From: a virus
Reading direction: 5' to 3' (one strand)
Virus record (IMG/VR): IMGVR_UViG_3300013132_005385
Location: 55,742-119,741 of that record
DNA length: 64,000 bases
Shown here piece by piece: positions 50,832-60,257 of the stretch (the stretch's first letter is position 1; the number at the start of each line of letters is the position of its first letter). The notes beneath the pieces are model-generated. The model worked only from the letters and a program-made list of their open reading frames with translations, made no database searches and was not told where the DNA came from. The translations under genes were made by a program, and so were the position numbers.

Positions 50832-51698
50832 TTAGAATTTGTTTCCACATTTTGGACAAAATTTCCAATTTGAATCCTTGACCCTAGTCCCGCATCCAGA
50901 ACAATAATTTCTAATAGAATTCATTTCCACAGGCTTGCTTGAGTATGGAAGAATTTGAAATTCATACTTTTCAGTGCACCATGAATTAAAACTTGCATTC
51001 ACGTATTGAAATGACTGGTTGGATTCGCATCCCTTTTCTATAGATCCCGTTTCTATAGATTTAGACTCTCCCGATTTTTTCTTTGTATCTTGAGGATCTA
51101 ATGATCTAGGGATCTCGCCGGAAAAATAGCAGGTGTTAGTGAAAGTCGTACCGCCAAATGACAGATCTGAGGTGTTATTTGCGGTAAATGTTGATCCTAT
51201 ATTTTGTCCAGTATAATATGTTCCTCCCCATCCACCTGTACCGATTCCGGTTCCCGAGTTTCCAACCCATATGTTACCTGAGTATGGATTATATGTAGGG
51301 GCTTCGTATTCATGATAAAATTCCACCTTTACGAATCCATTATCTCTAATAGCATTTTGAGCTTCGTTGGTGTTCTGAACCTGATACGTTGAAAACTCAA
51401 ATTTACAATTTTCATCGATAAATCTATCCAGAAATACCCTTTCGCCTGGCCTTAAAACTATTCCACTTTGTGAAATTAGTTTCCCGTTAAGATAGATCTT
51501 AGCAAGAACCTTTTTGGAATGCGGATTGAATAATTCAATCTCGAAATTTTCCATATCGTTAAGAAATAGGAACCCGTCTGTGTTGCGGAGATCTGGGTTT
51601 GTGATCTCGCCTTTTTTGTAGATCTTTAGGCGATTACGGTTTTTTGTTACGTTTGCCGTGCAGGAACCGCTTCCCCGTCTGAGAATGTTTGAAGTCAT
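50832..51698 (-). CDS. hypothetical protein with C-terminal zinc ribbon
   Basis: CSGCG...FCPKCG. Confidence 0.7.
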   Translation of the reverse strand: MTSNILRRGSGSCTANVTKNRNRLKIYKKGEITNPDLRNTDGFLFLNDMENFEIELFNPHSKKVLAKIYLNGKLISQSGIVLRPGERVFLDRFIDENCKFEFSTYQVQNTNEAQNAIRDNGFVKVEFYHEYEAPTYNPYSGNIWVGNSGTGIGTGGWGGTYYTGQNIGSTFTANNTSDLSFGGTTFTNTCYFSGEIPRSLDPQDTKKKSGESKSIETGSIEKGCESNQSFQYVNASFNSWCTEKYEFQILPYSSKPVEMNSIRNYCSGCGTRVKDSNWKFCPKCGNKF

Positions 51699-51826
51699 AG
51701 CTTACCTTCTTTTTTGCTACTCCCTTCATATCCGGTTAGGAATATTCGACGGTTTGTTGACCGGGGAGGAACTAGAGTTTGAGGCTCTAATCACTACTTA
51801 TATACCGATTCAATTTTTTGTTTCAT

Positions 51827-51852
51827 AAAAAAGGGATCAGTAGATCCCTTTT
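51827..51852 (-). terminator. intrinsic terminator
   Basis: AAAAGGGATC/GATCCCTTTT. Confidence 0.75.
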
Positions 51853-51871
51853 TAAGTATATGAATTTTGAA

Positions 51872-52351
51872 TTATTCCGCGTCTTTAGACCTCTTTTTCT
51901 TCTCGTAATAGTTTTTCTTTGGCTTAGAAGTACCCTTTTTATCTGCAGGTTTTTCTTGCGAAGCCCGAGTTTCTTTTTTCTTTGGTCTTCCTTTGGACTT
52001 TTTTTCTGCCTTTTTAGGCTCCTCAGCTATTACTGATTTCTCCTCTTTTAATTCTGGCTCTGAAATACTGGCTGGTCCTGGAACCTGTGCATCCTCCTTT
52101 TGTGGTTCTTGCTGACAAGATTCGTTATGTAAAACCTCCCACCCTGAATCCTTACACGAATTATTTCCACATTCACAATCGCAGTCTGTATATACATCCT
52201 GTACTTTGGAATCGCTCTCATGCAGTTCAAATGGAACTACCTCCTGTGGAAGATCTGGTTCTATGGGATCGAGCTCGTGAACCACCAAAGTTTGATTTTT
52301 ACCGAATTTGGAAATTAAAAAATCTTTTAGCTTCTTGAAAAATTGAATCAT
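51872..52351 (-). CDS. hypothetical protein, Lys-rich C-terminus
   Basis: ORF between promoter motifs and terminator. Confidence 0.6.
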   Translation of the reverse strand: MIQFFKKLKDFLISKFGKNQTLVVHELDPIEPDLPQEVVPFELHESDSKVQDVYTDCDCECGNNSCKDSGWEVLHNESCQQEPQKEDAQVPGPASISEPELKEEKSVIAEEPKKAEKKSKGRPKKKETRASQEKPADKKGTSKPKKNYYEKKKRSKDAE

Positions 52352-52421
52352 TGTTTTTTATTTATTTTATGTCAGAACGAAATAAAAGTTCCGAAATTTG
52401 ACTAATTATATATCTTTACCA

Positions 52422-52934
52422 TCACAGCATATCACCTAAGCCGATCAGCATATCGCAAGATAATCCGCTCCTGTCCCTTAAATTAACCTCCGTTGAAATA
52501 TATCTTCCCCCGAATTCGAGTATCAGCCTGATGTGGGGCCTAACAGAAAAACCGGAAGCTGACTTGGTAACTTTCACTGCAGAAACCTCGGGGTGTTTTT
52601 TGGAGTACTCTTCGGTGAGCCTCGCTTCGAGATTCTTTAGATCCACTTTCGAAATATCTCTAGGAACATCTATCTTATCAAGTTCCTTATATGATTCAAT
52701 TAGCTCTGGGCTTAATCCTAGTTTTTCCGCAATTTCAAGATCTATGCTGGAGCTTTTAGCCCCGGTATCAAATTTAGCAGATACCTTGATTCTTTTACCA
52801 TCTCTTATTATGTTGATAGGATGGACTCCATAATATATTTTGGACTTAGATGAATAGTGGTAATTTATTTCTATCTCGCCCGATAAGGTATTGTTTACGT
52901 TTGACCCTTTTGATCCAATTGACATTCTAGACAA
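52422..52934 (-). CDS. RimK-associated retropepsin-like protease
   Basis: AKFDTGAKSSSID, RP, NLRDR..L...MLIG. Confidence 0.75.
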   Translation of the reverse strand: MSRMSIGSKGSNVNNTLSGEIEINYHYSSKSKIYYGVHPINIIRDGKRIKVSAKFDTGAKSSSIDLEIAEKLGLSPELIESYKELDKIDVPRDISKVDLKNLEARLTEEYSKKHPEVSAVKVTKSASGFSVRPHIRLILEFGGRYISTEVNLRDRSGLSCDMLIGLGDML

Positions 52935-53514
52935 TATATTTTTTCAGAAATGATCTTCTGTGATATGGAGTAAGACCGTGTTTTATTACAGATTCTATAT
53001 GGCCAGCAGAAAAATATCCAGCATTAGATTCCCATCCGTAGTTGGTATATTCCAGAGAAAGCTCCTGCATTAGTGTATCCCTATATGTCTTGGCAATAAT
53101 AGAAGCAGCTGCTATTTCTTGGTATGTGTCGTCTCCTTTAACAACCAATTCATATGGAATCCCATTGGATTGGTTGCGCCATTGATTCCCGTCCACTAAT
53201 AAAAGATCCATAGGCTGTCCTATGACGCATTTATTCATGGCTTCCATGGTTGCATTAAGGATATTGATTTCGTCAATCCTAGGAGCCTCTATTTGAGCTA
53301 TACGGAAGAATATGGAATTCTCCATGATTAGCTTGGAAGCCTCTATTCTTTTATTTTCTGAAAGCTTCTTGGAGTCCTTTAATAGAGGACTAGAAAATCC
53401 GGGATTAAGTATAACACAAGCAGCAACAACAGGTCCTGCAACGCTACCCCTACCAACTTCGTCTACCCCTCCAACTAATTTACCCTGTTCAGATAATGGA
53501 TGTCTTTTCAGCAT
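52927..53514 (-). CDS. rnhB: ribonuclease HII
   Basis: GVDEVGRG, DSKKL, VDG, KGD, AASIIAK. Confidence 0.95.
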   Translation of the reverse strand: MLKRHPLSEQGKLVGGVDEVGRGSVAGPVVAACVILNPGFSSPLLKDSKKLSENKRIEASKLIMENSIFFRIAQIEAPRIDEINILNATMEAMNKCVIGQPMDLLLVDGNQWRNQSNGIPYELVVKGDDTYQEIAAASIIAKTYRDTLMQELSLEYTNYGWESNAGYFSAGHIESVIKHGLTPYHRRSFLKKYIV

Positions 53515-54031
53515 GTTTTTTCATTAAGTAATCGCGTACTGCTTTCCAGCCCGGGAATTTTGATGTTCCAAAGTGAATATGCTCACCTTGAAAATCTCCA
53601 ACTCCGTTAGCGGTTCTATCGTCTATAAGATAATCACCTCTTAAAAGGCCCTTGTTTGATGATAGAATCAATTTCCTTTTGAACCTTTTATCAAAGTGCT
53701 TTCCTATCCATTCCCTTTTTTCTGTCCAAGCATAAACGTTTGACCAAGGAGCGGTTGAAAGGAAGTAGATCTCATATTTATCCTCCAAATCATGAATGGA
53801 CTCAAGAGCTCCTGAAATTGGTTCTAAACTGGCAAAAAGACCTTTAGAAGCAATTGCTGTTGCCTCTGGAATTCCTGCTGAAATCATTGCTCCGATTCTT
53901 CCATCGAAATCACACACGACTCCATCCATATCTATGAATAGGATCGGACCCTTAGAAGGGATATTTGTTCTAAAATCTGATGACTTTCTCATATTACCAA
54001 AATGTTCTGTAGCCGTTTGGTTCCTGGCCAC
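53489..54031 (-). CDS. 5'(3')-deoxyribonucleotidase (NT5C, HAD)
   Basis: DMDGV..DF, EK.EW, K..L.GDYLIDD. Confidence 0.9.
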   Translation of the reverse strand: MARNQTATEHFGNMRKSSDFRTNIPSKGPILFIDMDGVVCDFDGRIGAMISAGIPEATAIASKGLFASLEPISGALESIHDLEDKYEIYFLSTAPWSNVYAWTEKREWIGKHFDKRFKRKLILSSNKGLLRGDYLIDDRTANGVGDFQGEHIHFGTSKFPGWKAVRDYLMKKHAEKTSII

Positions 54032-54650
54032 AATTTTTTCTAAAGTTATTTAATAAGCCGAGTATGTTTTGAGCTCCTGCGGGATTTGCTGAATGCACCG
54101 TAAACTGACACATCTTAAGATCGTTGTCCATACAATATTCAACAAGCCATTTAGCGCAGTCATATCCAGTTCTTTCCCCCATATCAATTCTTTCCGGAGT
54201 GTAGTACCATTCTTCGAATTCCAGACTATAATGCTCATCAGCCAAATCATGGTCAAATGAAATGAGACTTGGAAGTCCGTTTTCCTTAATGTATGCCACA
54301 AAATCATTATAGCTTCTGACTATGGTCCAGGGCTCGTGATCCGATGGATTATTCTGTGGAATTCTTACATCGTCCAGATATAGACACTTTTTCATAGGAA
54401 CATATAATGATTCATCAGCCTGCATTTTTCTATGCGTTGATGTCCAAACCACCATTTCCTCATCTTCCTCTGCAGGATAAGCAAACAGCATTTTATCATC
54501 CCCGCTTCTGGCCACGGCTAACATTCCGCATCCCTCACAAATCACCGAGGTGTATTGGTTCTTTTGTAGAGATTCAAATATCTCTCTTTCGTTTATGTCC
54601 GCTTTGGGAAATCCCATTTCCCTTGAGCATTCTGTACAGAAGTCTGCCAT
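53994..54650 (-). CDS. cyclic-phosphate-processing receiver-like domain fused to N-terminal Cys module
   Basis: LYLDD.R, SFDHDL, TGYD..KW, VHSAN..G; N-terminal CTEC/CEGC. Confidence 0.75.
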   Translation of the reverse strand: MADFCTECSREMGFPKADINEREIFESLQKNQYTSVICEGCGMLAVARSGDDKMLFAYPAEEDEEMVVWTSTHRKMQADESLYVPMKKCLYLDDVRIPQNNPSDHEPWTIVRSYNDFVAYIKENGLPSLISFDHDLADEHYSLEFEEWYYTPERIDMGERTGYDCAKWLVEYCMDNDLKMCQFTVHSANPAGAQNILGLLNNFRKNCGQEPNGYRTFW

Positions 54651-54691
54651 ATGAATTTATTTTTTGCAAGAGTAATGAATTCTCGCTTTAT

Positions 54692-55498
54692 TTAAAAATT
54701 TTTCTTTGCCTTAAGAAGAACTTTTTCGTGCTTAAATGCGTGAAGAGAACAGATGTGCATTGTTAGCATTCCCGGTTTAACGTGACCCCAAGTCTCCTGA
54801 TCTCTTTCCTTTAAATGCCCAAGAAGCCAAAGAAGCTTTCTAGCGCAGAGATAAATGTCATCTCTAAAATGTCTAAAGTAATCACATGACCTGATATAAT
54901 AAACCACATGTATCCAATCAAATCTTCGGATAAAGTGATAGCCTATCGTGCAAGGAACCCTTTCTTTATGTACAACTCCGGTGTCTTCGGGAAACCATAT
55001 GGGAAGGAAAGCCTGTCTAGTGAACGGCTCTTTCTCCATAAGATCAACCACATCCATGAAATCACCATACTTAAATCTTACACCCTCGAGTTCTCTCTTA
55101 TCTCTCCATGATTCGGAATCAAGTTCTCCATATTTAGACCAGATCCTTTCTGGATACGTGTGGGAGAATTTTGTGACGCCGCCAAATTCTGCGTTATTCT
55201 TCTGTGCGTAAGGCCACCTCTGATGTGATGGAGGGGGATTCAAAGGGATTTCTCCAACCCTCTCCTCGAAATGCTCATCTGCCCATGTAGCATTAGGCTT
55301 GATCTGATCCCTGAGAGTATCAAGATCTGGGCTAACCTGACAGGTAAATGAATGGTTAAGAATCTCTATCATGGCAAATCGATCATCCTGCTTGATGTCT
55401 TTACCCTGCCATTTTTCCGTGTGTACCTCGTAACAGGTGTCATGCATTTTTTCGGATGTCCAGTCTATTACATCCTTAAAATTTCCAAATGCTTTCAT
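54692..55498 (-). CDS. thymidylate-synthase-superfamily protein, dCMP-type specificity residue
   Basis: TRQA, PC catalytic Cys, RSCDYFRHFRDD, SLH. Confidence 0.75.
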   Translation of the reverse strand: MKAFGNFKDVIDWTSEKMHDTCYEVHTEKWQGKDIKQDDRFAMIEILNHSFTCQVSPDLDTLRDQIKPNATWADEHFEERVGEIPLNPPPSHQRWPYAQKNNAEFGGVTKFSHTYPERIWSKYGELDSESWRDKRELEGVRFKYGDFMDVVDLMEKEPFTRQAFLPIWFPEDTGVVHKERVPCTIGYHFIRRFDWIHVVYYIRSCDYFRHFRDDIYLCARKLLWLLGHLKERDQETWGHVKPGMLTMHICSLHAFKHEKVLLKAKKNF

Positions 55499-55500
55499 GT

Positions 55501-56559
55501 TTATTTATTAAATCTTTCGAATGAATTTCTAGTGATCACGTTCCATTCCACCTTACCTACGAATTCTCCAAGAGTTGCAGTGTCAGTGTAACTCATTGTG
55601 GATTTTAGATAATGAGTGAAATTTTCTGTCCATCCGGAAAGGGTATACTCGACCTGTTGTATTTTTGAAATACCTTCCGATGTTTTTACTTCTTTCTTTC
55701 CTAAAGACATTTGCACCTCTTTCGTTGACATTCCCCTGAACTTTTTGTAGAATTTTCTTCCGAGACCAAATTCATTTGAGACCTTTTCTGAATACTGATC
55801 AACTTTTTCACCTGGCTCAGTCCATGAATTATATTTAATATTCTCTTCGAAAGTTTCGCCTGCGCTTTCCAATGCTTTATTAAAAATACTTCCTAGCATA
55901 ACATAATCTGCTCCCAGCGCCAAAGCTTTTATTATATCGGAGTATTTTTTGAATCCCCCATCTGCAACAATTTTAGCGTTTAGATTTCTTTCCATTTGTA
56001 TTGCTGCAGATTCTATAATTAAAGATGCCATTGGATATCCAACCCCCGTTTGCACAGTGGTTAAACATCCCCCTCCATTTCCTATCCCCATTCTAACATA
56101 GTCTGCTCCTGCCTGTGCCATAGCAAGATATGTCAGGGGATGAGCACAGTTACCGGCCATAAGAACCATATCATCTCCATAAATAGTTTTTGCCGCAGCC
56201 ACAGAGTCGATTAAATCCCTCATGTGTCCGTTTGCGATGTCTATAAGAACATAGAATTTACCGGAGTTGTTAATTATATTGTCTATAAAAAGGCTTTTAA
56301 AATCTTCCAGCCCATACGCAATCCATACTTTGGGATCATATGAGACATCCTTCTCTGTATATGAAGATTTTCTGGGTATTATCGAGTAAATACCCGAGTC
56401 ATTAAAAATATTGAAATTTTCTGGTGATACCACCGAATCCATAGGAGCCGTAAACAACGGCAGCATTTTCATTTGGTCGTATGGATCAACAAGGGATCTG
56501 GATCTGATGTCCGAAATAATACACGGTTCTATTAGGACATCATCAAAGTCTAGTAGCAT
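55501..56559 (-). CDS. guaC: GMP reductase/IMPDH family
   Basis: APMD, DIANGH, GIG.G..CLT, ADGG, FRGMS. Confidence 0.8.
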   Translation of the reverse strand: MLLDFDDVLIEPCIISDIRSRSLVDPYDQMKMLPLFTAPMDSVVSPENFNIFNDSGIYSIIPRKSSYTEKDVSYDPKVWIAYGLEDFKSLFIDNIINNSGKFYVLIDIANGHMRDLIDSVAAAKTIYGDDMVLMAGNCAHPLTYLAMAQAGADYVRMGIGNGGGCLTTVQTGVGYPMASLIIESAAIQMERNLNAKIVADGGFKKYSDIIKALALGADYVMLGSIFNKALESAGETFEENIKYNSWTEPGEKVDQYSEKVSNEFGLGRKFYKKFRGMSTKEVQMSLGKKEVKTSEGISKIQQVEYTLSGWTENFTHYLKSTMSYTDTATLGEFVGKVEWNVITRNSFERFNK

Positions 56560-56609
56560 GAAATAAGATTTTATCTCTTATATCACAATAACACGTAAGT
56601 TTTCTTTAA

Positions 56610-57149
56610 TTAAAGCAGGAATGAGAGTATTTTTTCTTTTATCCCAGACTGTTTTATGCCCTCATTAGATCTTGGGGTGTAGACAAAGTTTTCCAGTCCC
56701 CATGTAAATCCACGCTGATCTGTTTTTATTCTCATATCCAGATCATCAACAGAAACCCATTTTTCTATTGGTGAATTATCGGAAAGCCATTTAGTAATCT
56801 CAAAGGATCTGGATTGTTCTAGATCCCATTTTGGATCATATTGAAAACCAGCCGGGGATAAAACATCTATTGTAGTGAATCCTATTGGCTTTTTGGATAC
56901 CCCATTAGCTTCGTATACCCTTCCCATTTCTTCTAAATTACAGTGCCATCTCCAATCCGAAGAAACCACTATCTCCGCTCCAGACTGGTCCAGAATATCA
57001 TTTAGCACGCCAACTGCTTTTCTATTAAAATTGTCAAATTGGTTTTCTATGGGAGCTCCTGGTATTCTATATCCTTTCTTTTTGAACCTTCCTCCTGCCT
57101 CTGACAAAAGACAGATCACTCCATCATGATCTAAAAATATGATTTTCAT
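56610..57149 (-). CDS. HAD phosphatase, RNA-repair ('Swiss Army Knife') type
   Basis: IFLDHDGV, IVVSSDWR, R..EI..WL, VDD. Confidence 0.75.
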   Translation of the reverse strand: MKIIFLDHDGVICLLSEAGGRFKKKGYRIPGAPIENQFDNFNRKAVGVLNDILDQSGAEIVVSSDWRWHCNLEEMGRVYEANGVSKKPIGFTTIDVLSPAGFQYDPKWDLEQSRSFEITKWLSDNSPIEKWVSVDDLDMRIKTDQRGFTWGLENFVYTPRSNEGIKQSGIKEKILSFLL

Positions 57150-57922
57150 TATTTACGAGATTTTTTTTCAAATGTAGAGGGATTATATTTATATATTGTC
57201 CATTCGCTGCCGTCAAACTCAAGACTGGTAAGGTTTTCTATCCAGTCTCCGGAATTCATATAAAAAACTTTACCTTCGTCGTTTCGATACTCTCTAATGC
57301 ATGGCTGATGAATATGTCCATTTATAACATAATCATATCCCTGTCTTATCGCATGTCTGCAAGACATTTCCTCAAAATCACTCACATAAACTATCGCTTT
57401 CTTAACAGAGTCTTTGACCTTTTTACTTAGCGAATATGGTTTTCTTCCCATAAACTTTAGTATTATATTGACCCATCTGTTGATCCTTATTAGAAAATCG
57501 TATGCAGATCCACCTATCACTGCTAAGCTTTTACCAAGTTTTCCCTGCATCGAAAGATCGAAAATATCTCCATGAAAAAACCAGTATTTTTTATCGTCTA
57601 TGGTCAAAACAAGCTTATCTAATTTATGAAGATTCAAAACACTTATCTCCTCAAAATTTCTCATAAAATCGTCATGATTTCCCGTGAGATAGTAGACAGT
57701 GGTGCCTTTTTTAATAAGGGTAAGAACATTCCTAACAAATTCAACGTGCGATGATGGGAAGTATTTTTTATTGAAGACATATCCATCGAATATGTCTCCG
57801 TTAAGAATTAGTATTTTAGGCTTGATTGATTTTATATAGTGATTTAACTCCTCTGCATGGCATCCATAGCTGCCCAGGTGCACATCTGATATAACTACTA
57901 TTTCAAGTTCTCTCTTTTCCAT
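57149..57922 (-). CDS. PlcP/LpxH2-type metallophosphoesterase
   Basis: SDVHLG..GC, GDIFD, GNHD, HGD, GHIH, NSGDW. Confidence 0.8.
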   Translation of the reverse strand: MEKRELEIVVISDVHLGSYGCHAEELNHYIKSIKPKILILNGDIFDGYVFNKKYFPSSHVEFVRNVLTLIKKGTTVYYLTGNHDDFMRNFEEISVLNLHKLDKLVLTIDDKKYWFFHGDIFDLSMQGKLGKSLAVIGGSAYDFLIRINRWVNIILKFMGRKPYSLSKKVKDSVKKAIVYVSDFEEMSCRHAIRQGYDYVINGHIHQPCIREYRNDEGKVFYMNSGDWIENLTSLEFDGSEWTIYKYNPSTFEKKSRK

Positions 57923-58929
57923 TATTTAAAATTTAATATTTTAGCAGATATATCCCGCATCTCGTCTATATAATTGAGCTTAACTGAATAATCATTCTCG
58001 AAAAAATCATCGAATAATTGTACATCAAAAAAATCAGCGGACAGAACGCCAAACTTAGACAGAGTTTTAGTGTTGTATATTTGCTCTATTTGATTTTTTA
58101 TGGGCATAACCAACAATTTTTTACCGAGAAATAAACACTCGGAAGTTGTTTGGAATCCAGTGTGACATATGACTCCTCTACATTTTATTAATTTCTCGGT
58201 GAATGCTAATCTATCTATAGGTCTCAGAGAAACATTCTCAAAATCTGAGGGATCTTTTATTTGACTATGAAATATGTAGAATTTTTGATGAGGAAATAAT
58301 GTGAAGAATTTAACCTGATCCTCAACAGAGATAGAACTCAGATAGCACAGATAAAAGTCATCTTTGGGTAGGTTTACTATTCTAATCGAGCTTCTAATTA
58401 TTGGAAAAAAATCATTTTCGTTTTCCTTTAAATAGTCAAATGCTATGTAATCGCTGACCGGACACACAAACTTTGTGACCATTTTATTTGAGAAAAAATT
58501 AGGCGAAAGATTCTTTAGAAACCTTTTATTTGATAAAAATTTATATTGATTGCTTATTCCTAGAACCCTTTTTCTCCTGAATATCCCTGCCCAACAGGTA
58601 ACGGGTTCGAAATCCGAAATCACTATATCATATTTTCTCGCATCCACCGAAAGGGATGATCTTATAAGTCCTATAATATTAATGTTTCTAATGGTTTTAA
58701 GAATTGATATTCCGCCATCGCTAACATCTAAGCTTAGTCCTTCAAATTTATATTTAATATTTAGATCACCAAAATCTATTTGGGAGAAAGTTCCCGACAG
58801 ACACACATCTATTGATTCTATCTGATCTGAATGGTTCTTTTCCAGGTATTTTATTATTTCCTTGGATCTAGTTAGATGCCCATTCCCCGTGCATTGTATG
58901 CCATATAATATTTTAAGCTTCTTTTTCAT
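57922..58929 (-). CDS. GT-B glycosyltransferase (MJ1255/VC2487-like)
   Basis: ILYGIQ.TGNGH.TRS, ISDFEP, GF.T.SE....GK, Q.EQ..N. Confidence 0.85.
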   Translation of the reverse strand: MKKKLKILYGIQCTGNGHLTRSKEIIKYLEKNHSDQIESIDVCLSGTFSQIDFGDLNIKYKFEGLSLDVSDGGISILKTIRNINIIGLIRSSLSVDARKYDIVISDFEPVTCWAGIFRRKRVLGISNQYKFLSNKRFLKNLSPNFFSNKMVTKFVCPVSDYIAFDYLKENENDFFPIIRSSIRIVNLPKDDFYLCYLSSISVEDQVKFFTLFPHQKFYIFHSQIKDPSDFENVSLRPIDRLAFTEKLIKCRGVICHTGFQTTSECLFLGKKLLVMPIKNQIEQIYNTKTLSKFGVLSADFFDVQLFDDFFENDYSVKLNYIDEMRDISAKILNFK

Positions 58930-59070
58930 AGCAAAAATCTCTTAGCGGAGATTCTGAATTTTAACCAATCCTTTGCTTGATTTCCAGATGTGATCTGCCC
59001 ACATTTGTCTTTTGATTTTTACCATAGAAATTAATTTAGTTTCGCTTCCAAAATAATTTGAATCTAAACT

Positions 59071-59100
59071 AAAAACCTCAGATAAAATCTGAGGTTTTTT
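59071..59100 (-). terminator. intrinsic terminator
   Basis: AAAAACCTCAGAT/ATCTGAGGTTTTT. Confidence 0.8.
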
Positions 59101-59105
59101 ATTGC

Positions 59106-59384
59106 TTAAAGGCTCCAAGCTGGATTGGCTATAACCAATTTACCATTTTCTATTCTTGGGATTCTTCCCGTGTCATATGGGTCTGCATATTCGATATCAT
59201 CCTGGTAGAACTTCTGTCCATCAAACATGATGTAATTGGACTCATCCTTACCTCTGTGGCTCCACCCTTGTCCTCTTAGAGAATCGTGAGTTGCGTCATC
59301 GACAGTTGGTTTTCCGAATATCCTGTTCCAGAAGCTTTCGTTGGTGTTCTGGACAAATGATTCATATTCGTAAAGATGCTTCAT
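59106..59384 (-). CDS. hypothetical late protein
   Basis: N-terminus MKHLYEYESF...NES; GATATATA upstream. Confidence 0.65.
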   Translation of the reverse strand: MKHLYEYESFVQNTNESFWNRIFGKPTVDDATHDSLRGQGWSHRGKDESNYIMFDGQKFYQDDIEYADPYDTGRIPRIENGKLVIANPAWSL

Positions 59385-59425
59385 GATGATAATTTTTATC
59401 TATATATCTCATGAGTTCTGAAATG

Positions 59426-59499
59426 TACTCCCTATGGGATTCGAACCCACACCTTGTAGTTTTTGAAACTACTGCCTCTACCAATTGGGCTAAGAGATC
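59426..59499 (-). tRNA. tRNA-Leu(CAA), short variable loop, imperfect acceptor stem
   Basis: GTAGT-TTCAAAA-ACTAC anticodon arm, TTCGAAT T-loop. Confidence 0.7.
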
Positions 59500-59507
59500 A
59501 AATATAG

Positions 59508-59581
59508 AGATTCTGGAGGGATTCGAACCCCCAACCCTCTGATCCGAAGTCAGATGCTCTAGTCCGTTGAGCTACAGAACC
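59508..59581 (-). tRNA. tRNA-Arg(TCG)
   Basis: TCTGA-CTTCGGA-TCAGA; full cloverleaf. Confidence 0.9.
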
Positions 59582-59675
59582 ATGTCGGGCTTAGACACCA
59601 TCGCAGCCGCCTTAGTGCTTTGCCCTGTCTGAATGGATTGTGGCACGATGCGGCTTGACCCATTTCCATTCATTG

Positions 59676-59763
59676 CGGAGAGAGCGGGATTCGAACCCGC
59701 GGCACCCTTTAGGGGTGCACACGCTTTCCAAGCGTGCTCCATAAGCCTCTCGGACATCTCTCC
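59676..59763 (-). tRNA. tRNA-Ser(GGA)
   Basis: CACGC-TTGGAAA-GCGTG; long variable arm. Confidence 0.93.
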
Positions 59764-59766
59764 TTT

Positions 59767-60147
59767 TTATATTAGTTCCCAGAATACTTCAGTTAGAAAT
59801 TTATCTGGATCCTTTATCGTCATCAATTCCTTTTTATGTTCCTCGTTAAATTGTGCTATTTCTTCAGGTTTATCATTTGACCAAAGACCAATTTGGTCGA
59901 AATGATTAAGGCGTGCTAGCCTAACCAATTCATTATAGTCTCTGTCCCTGAGATATCCCTTGAGAGGCATTAATCTGCCCACGCAACTGTTCCATTTCAG
60001 TCTCCTGCCGTCATATGTCACATAATAGTAGTCAATATCGTCTTCCCCAATAGCAACCAATCTTTCGATTTCCCAGCTGCAGGTGATAACGAATTGTCCC
60101 TTGAGTTTCTCAAATTCCTCGAGGATCTTCTTTAGATTTTCATTCAT
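59767..60147 (-). CDS. hypothetical protein within tRNA array
   Basis: Start reassigned to MNENLKK; the upstream extension overlaps tRNAs. Confidence 0.65.
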   Translation of the reverse strand: MNENLKKILEEFEKLKGQFVITCSWEIERLVAIGEDDIDYYYVTYDGRRLKWNSCVGRLMPLKGYLRDRDYNELVRLARLNHFDQIGLWSNDKPEEIAQFNEEHKKELMTIKDPDKFLTEVFWELI

Positions 60148-60163
60148 CTCCCATTTTAATTTG

Positions 60164-60244
60164 TACCCGGGGTGGGACTCGAACCCACACGTCCGAAGAC
60201 ACTGGTTCCTAAGACCAGCGCGTCTACCGTTCCGCCACCCGGGC
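60164..60244 (-). tRNA. tRNA-Leu(TAG)
   Basis: CTGGT-CTTAGGA-ACCAG. Confidence 0.93.
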
Positions 60245-60257
60245 ATTTTTATTTTTG

